A stretch of DNA of 64,000 nt from Selaginella moellendorffii (lineage: Eukaryota; Plantae; Lycopodiophyta). This document shows positions 58,626 to 64,000 of the stretch, piece by piece. A program made the translations under genes and the position numbers. Location: the NCBI RefSeq assembly GCF_000143415.4, contig NW_003314261.1:5606360-5670359 (forward strand). Reading direction: 5' to 3'. Below the pieces are notes generated by a model. The model was not told the origin of the DNA. It searched no databases and worked only from the letters and a program-made list of their open reading frames with translations. Within the stretch, counting starts at the first letter, position 1, and each line of letters opens with the position of its first letter.

Positions 58626-61600
58626 CTAATCTTTATTACTATTCTCATACTCCGTGACAAGCTCACAAGCATGGACAAGATTACTAAGAGGCTCCCAAGT
58701 TGATTCATAAGTTGGGTAACCTTTCCACTTAACAAGATATTCCTTCACACGAGCCCGTCTCCGGATCCGGGAATCCAAGATAGTTTCCACTTTGTATTCA
58801 GGTTCACCGTCCACAACGTCTGGTGGCAGACGAATCTCCCTTTGACGTGCAACATCCATAGTGTAAGGAGCTAATAGATTGGCATGAAATACATTATGAA
58901 CATTGTACATCTCCGCAGGTAGATCCAACCAATAGGATACATCACCAATGCGTTTTAGCACCCGATAGGGTCCAACATATCTCAGCAAGAGCTTCCGAGA
59001 TAAAGATCCCTTAATATTCAAGTTCCGGGAAGATAGCCACACCTGATCTCCCACTTGATAGGATACATCCCGATGATGCTGATCCTTATCACATTGATAC
59101 CTATCCTGAGCTTTGCCCATCGCCTCGGTAGCTTTAGACCAACCTTGGCGTAGCTGCTCCACATAAGTTTCAACGGCTGGGACCAATACTTTGGTCATTG
59201 GTTTTGGTATAACAATCTGTTGAGGAACCCTACAAGCATTCCCTTGCAACATCTCCCATGGAGAATAGCCTATAGTGCTGTGAAATGTGTTGTTATAACA
59301 GATTTCTGCTGTGTCTAAATGCTCAACCCAATCGTGTTGATCCGCCGCGACATAGTACCACAGATAATCCTCAACTTGAGCATTCACGTGTTTGGTCTGC
59401 CCATCAGTTTGAGGACGATAAGCTGTACTAAACTTTAACTTGGTACCAAACAAGTGGAACAGCGTGCCCCAAAACTTCCCCGTAAACCTCAAATCCCTAT
59501 TTGAGATTATCTCTTCAGGAGACCATGAACTCGCACTACTTTATGGAAAAAGAGCTTTGCTACTTGTGTCACATTCACTATTCCCACAGTTGGAATGAAG
59601 TGTGCAATCTTTAACAACCGATCCACAACCACCATCAAAGTATCATAACCCTTAGACTTCGGCAAGCAAGTGATGAATGTAAGCTCCTGAGTTTGGACTT
59701 CCCGGGAGGTCACCCAGCCCAGTACTATTCTAACCCAAGGACGCTTAACTCCAACTATCCCAAGACCCTTAACCGATTGGAAAAGGGGGTGCACTCTTGT
59801 TCATGGGCCCTTTCCCTCTATATTTGAACCCCATGGATCATCTCTCAAGTCGTTCTCTTTGGTTGCTTACAATCCACCACGCTTCCCTGCAAGTTCACGC
59901 CCTCGTGAACGGAAGCTGAGAGCCGCAGCTCTCCCGAGAGCCCCGCTCTCTTGACACCCTACCCCTCGGGTCGAGCCCAGCGGGAGCAAACTGGACTAGC
60001 CAGATGTCAATCAACATGTGGTGTGATTCCCTTAGCCAACCAACAGAGTCGGACCCGAGACCTCTCCGATACCAAATGTAAGCTCCTGAGTTTGGACTTC
60101 CCGGGAGGTCACCCAGCCCAGTACTATTCTAACCCAAGGACGCTTAACTCCAACTATCCCAAGACCCTTAACCGATTGGAAAAGGGGGTGCACTCTTGTT
60201 CATGGGCCCTTTCCCTCTATATTTGAACCCCATGGATCATCTCTCAAGTTGTTCTCTTTGGTTGCTTACAATGAAATCAAGTGTCACACTTTGAAATGGT
60301 TATGCTGGTGCTGGAATGGACTACAACTTTCCAGCCTGTTTCTCAACTCTGTGCTTACATTGTTGGCATATAGGGCAAGAACGGACATAATTTGCTACAT
60401 CACCTTCCATATCAGACCAGAAAAATCCCTTTTTCAATGAAGCTAGAGTCTTTCGCTTCCCACCATGTCCCGCTGCCGGAACATCATGTTGTTCCCGCAG
60501 AAATAACTACTGCAAATCCTTAGAGGGAAGATACAATCTTTCTTGCTTATAAAATATAAGCCCATCCCAAACTGAGAAGTGAAGCTTCGCATTAGTGCGA
60601 CTAACAACTTTTGCTGCTTCTCTACTAGGGCTCTGCTTCAACAACCCTACACAGCATAAGATTGCCTTCGCCAATGGATCACTTCCATACAAAGCCCGAA
60701 AGTCCTCCAACCAGTTCAAACTGATTGCCGACATTGCCCGGAATTGAGCTTGACGACTCAACGCATCCGGAACAATATTGTCTTTACCAAGGTTATATAT
60801 AATTTCAATATCATTTATAGCAAACTTCTCTTGCCAACGAGCCTGCTTCGGCATAAATTTAGGCTACTTAGCAAAGTAGCTCAGTGTGTTACTATCTGTA
60901 TAAACTTTGGTGTGTCCACCCAAATAGTGTATCTAGTGTTCCAGGGCTGACACTATAGCAAACATCTCTTTCTCATGTGTTGGCCATCTTTGTTGGGTTT
61001 CATCCAATTTCTTGGAATAGAATGCAATGGGACAACCATGTCGGCTTAGCATGACACCAACCGCTTTGTCACAATCTTGTTGTAACACGGCACCAATAGC
61101 ATATCCAGATGCATCACAATGCACTTCAAAGGGTTTATCAAGATCTAGAATCCTAAGAACATGAACCATAGTCAAATTCTCCTTCAACCATACAAAAGCA
61201 CGTTGGCAAGCTGGTGTCCAATGAAATGGAATACTACTCTTCGTCAACTCTGTCAACGAAAGAGCAATTCTTGCAAAATTGCGGAAAAACTTGCGATAAT
61301 ATCCCGCCAAACCGAGAAAGGAATGAACATCTGATACAGTGGTTGGGACTTCCCAAGACTTCACCACTTCCACCTTCTTTGGATCGACCTCAATCATGCC
61401 ACCACCAACTATATGACCGAGAAAGTTTACGTGTAATTGACCAAAAGTGCATTTACTTTCCTTAGCATACAATTTGTGTTCACGCAACTTCTGAAACACT
61501 AGCTCCAAGTGTTTCAAATCATCCTCCAACGTTTCATTGAAGACTAGAACATCGTCGATATAAAGGACAACAAATATGTCCAAATAATCTCTGAATATTC

Positions 61601-63700
61601 TATCTATCATAATGCTGAATGTTGCCAGAGCATTGCATAACCCGAACGGCATGACAAGGAACTAATAAGATCCATACCAAGTCTTAAAGGCTGTCTATTC
61701 CACATCCTGATCTGCCACCCGTATCTGATGATACCCGGACTACAAATCAAGTCGCGTAAAATACTTAGCCTTTAAGAGTTGGTCAAACAAGTCCTCAATG
61801 TGAGGCAAAGGATAACTGTTTTTAACCATGATCTTGTTGAGTACCTGATAGTCAATACACATCCTCATGGTTCCATCCTTTTTTATAACAAAAAGTTCAG
61901 ACGATACAGAGCCTTTGTAGGTGGTTTAGAACCCGGAATAACCTCAATCCGATGATCAACCTCACGGCTAGGAGGTAGCCCTGGCAGTAAATCCTTTGGA
62001 AAGATATCATGATTCCTCGCTAACAACTCTAATATCTTCTTTGGTACAGGATCAACTCTGTCATCGATTCGAACTAAGTCACCAATACCCTCAGCTTCCA
62101 TCACTTGAACCCAAAAGGTCCAACATCCCTTCTTAGCTACTTTTTGAGCGGCCCTCATAGTCAGGAACTTAGCATCCCAATCCTTTAAGGAATGCTTTTG
62201 CAACTGGAAGGACACATCAGGACATCCTTCTGACTTTAATGTGATACGACTTTGTCCAGCACCATAAATCCCTTTTATATACTTGTTGAAGAAATCCATA
62301 CCAAACACTATATGAAAATCTGGTATCTTCAACACTACCAGGTCCACTCTTTCTTTCCACTTGGATATCTTTATTGGAACATCACTCACAAACTTTTTGG
62401 CTACTTGCCCACCTTCCGCAAACTAGAAGTGCATAGGCGACATTTGCTCAGCATTCAATCCTAACAACTTAACTAAGTCTTCAGATATCACACTGTGCGT
62501 AGCTTCTGTGTCAATCATCACTCGGATTCAGTGTCCACAGACAAAGCCTACCAGATACATCAACGGATCAGTATTTGCATTGACTGCAAGAAAAGCTTGA
62601 GGAAAGCAACGAAAGTTACTCACCTCTTCTTCCTCATAGTCTGCATTGACCAACTTGTCAACCCTTTCGGCTTCACCACCACCATCTTCCCTCATGACAT
62701 TAACACAAGACCTTGTCTTATGCTTGTTAAGACATTCCAAGGACCTGTGTCCCAACTCTCAACAATGGAAGTAATGACCCACACTACCCGTTCTGCTAGG
62801 AGCAGGTTTTGCAAGTTGCTGCTACTTGTACCCACCAGGAGGAGGAACAAAGGGCCTAGGACCAGAAGAAGCTGCTAGTGGTCTCCAACCACCACCACCT
62901 TTGTTAACCATTGCTTGTGAGCCTCCAGGGTAGAACTTTCTTTCCACCCTCTGTTTCTGTCACCTTGTTTATTCCTAGAATTCCTATTCTTATTTGAGTT
63001 ACCACCATACAGTTGCTAATATTGTTCCATGAGCGAGTGACTAAAGGTAACTTGCTGCATTGCCTCCTTACACTCCAGGTACGTCTTCAGCTTAAACTTC
63101 AAAATCTCATTGTGAGAAAGTGAACTTAAACCTTCCAGGAAATAACTTCAAGCATCTTCATCACTCATATTTGCAATCATAATGGGCTTCTGAGCAAACG
63201 CATTTAACGTAATGCATGAGGTCCCCTCTACGTCTGCCGCTATGAAATAGTTTTCCATATCACAGACCCAGTCTTCCAAAACCTGATAGTCCCGCATGCC
63301 TATGAAATTGGGTGGTTTCGGGGGTTTGAACTTTGAAACTCGTGCAACCGGGGGTGGCTGCAGAACTTCATCATCCTCAAAACTTGAAGAGGAGTCCGGT
63401 TGCTTAGGCTTAGCTAGTTTAGCTGCCTCGGCTTCTTTCTTCCTTTTCTTGTTCTCCTTCTTCAATTTGTGAATCTCCGTTCACAAATTCTCGATCTCAA
63501 CTTCCTGAGCCGTATGCTGCAGTGTTGTAGTATCTGGCTCTTCCTCTTCTGACTCAGCCTTTGTCTCTTCTGCACCATCTCTAGTAAGAGTTTCCTCCTC
63601 TCGATTCACCCATCTAGAGGTTTCAGCGTCATCAGCACGGTTCTTCTTCACCATCCTACTAGCTGCATGTATGCCCTTTATCAGTAATTGAACATGCATA
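58626..63700 (-). pseudogene. Disrupted gag-pol of element B (Gag, protease, RT, RNase H, integrase, chromodomain)
   Basis: Multiple stops and frameshifts; chromodomain YKVETILDSR..EYLVKWKGYPTYESTWEP; integrase split by the TRIM. Confidence 0.92.
59678..60270 (-). mobile_element. Cassandra-type TRIM (5S rRNA-derived internal promoter in the LTRs)
   Basis: 194-bp LTRs at 59678-59871 and 60077-60270 (1 mismatch), TG..CA ends, 5-bp TSD ATGAA, PBS TGGTATCGGAG, PPT-like ..GTGGTGGAT. 5S-like AGTTAAGCGTCCTTGGGTTAGAATAGTACTGGGCTGGGTGACCTCCCGGGAAGTCC in each LTR. Confidence 0.95.
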
Positions 63701-64000
63701 CAACGTTCTTACCGAATGGTGCAATCCAACTAACTCTACACATGTCGCTTCGGATCTACTAAAAAAGTCTCTGCGTATGCAACTTGAGTCAGAAAATCCG
63801 ACAAAAGTTGGATAGAAATCACTGAGACTATTTCTCTAATACCAAATGTAGCGCACCTGAATTTGGAGCCGAACTCCAAGCCTATTGCGCTACAAACGAG
63901 GGTCCAGTACAATCCCATGAGCACCATCTCCCTGTATCTAGCACTTGCACGCAAAATGGTGTCAAATGGAGTCTGGCACAATTTTGGCATACCAGTGGCC

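Larger units (their letters stand above)
53057..64000 (-). mobile_element. Ty3/gypsy chromovirus element B (degenerate): 3' LTR 53057-53383, PPT 53385-53397, pol/gag 58626-63700, tRNA-iMet PBS 63833-63844, 5' LTR 63847 to beyond the window
   Basis: The two LTR copies align. PBS TGGTATTAGAGA; PPT AAGAGGGGGGGGG; RT MPFGLCNA..YIDD; RNase H CDASGYAIGAVL; integrase RPQTDGQ; YVGPY; chromodomain. Confidence 0.93.

Noticed and set aside
59695-59750. 5S rRNA gene (also at about 60094-60149)
   Set aside because: Only the ~56-nt internal promoter part is present, embedded in LTRs; it is Cassandra, not rDNA.

Overview
Eukaryotic land-plant genomic DNA. The gene packing is very dense, introns are about 50-60 nt, and there are intronless PLS-DYW PPR and F-box genes. 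This is most consistent with the lycophyte Selaginella (inference, not verified). Bases 1-47,800 are gene-rich: the 5' part of a Dicer-like gene, MECR, RGP/UAM, two J-proteins, A20/AN1 SAP, eIF4A-III, a TTC23-like TPR, ZNF511-like, Yippee, an AVT6-like transporter, germin-like, F-box, ankyrin-DHHC PAT, a zf-GRF/H1-like protein, a KNS3/SPOT1 homolog, UPF0114, PPR-DYW, RD19, SMG7 and SERINC, plus tRNA-Val(TAC), tRNA-Lys(CTT) and a U1 snRNA. Bases 48,478-64,000 are a five-element nested transposon cluster: two related tRNA-primed-family Ty3/gypsy copies, a Tf1/sushi-type self-priming element with a PEG10-like -1 frameshift site, a TIR DNA transposon with a 4-bp TSD carrying a HAD/FCP1-like cargo, and a very recent 5S-bearing Cassandra TRIM. 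The most unusual candidate is a spliced gene at 28,457-31,399 (-). It appears to fuse an N-terminal PD-(D/E)XK restriction-endonuclease-like domain to a full-length but heavily degenerate GroEL/Cpn60 domain. All family assignments come from motif recognition by eye; no database searches were run.
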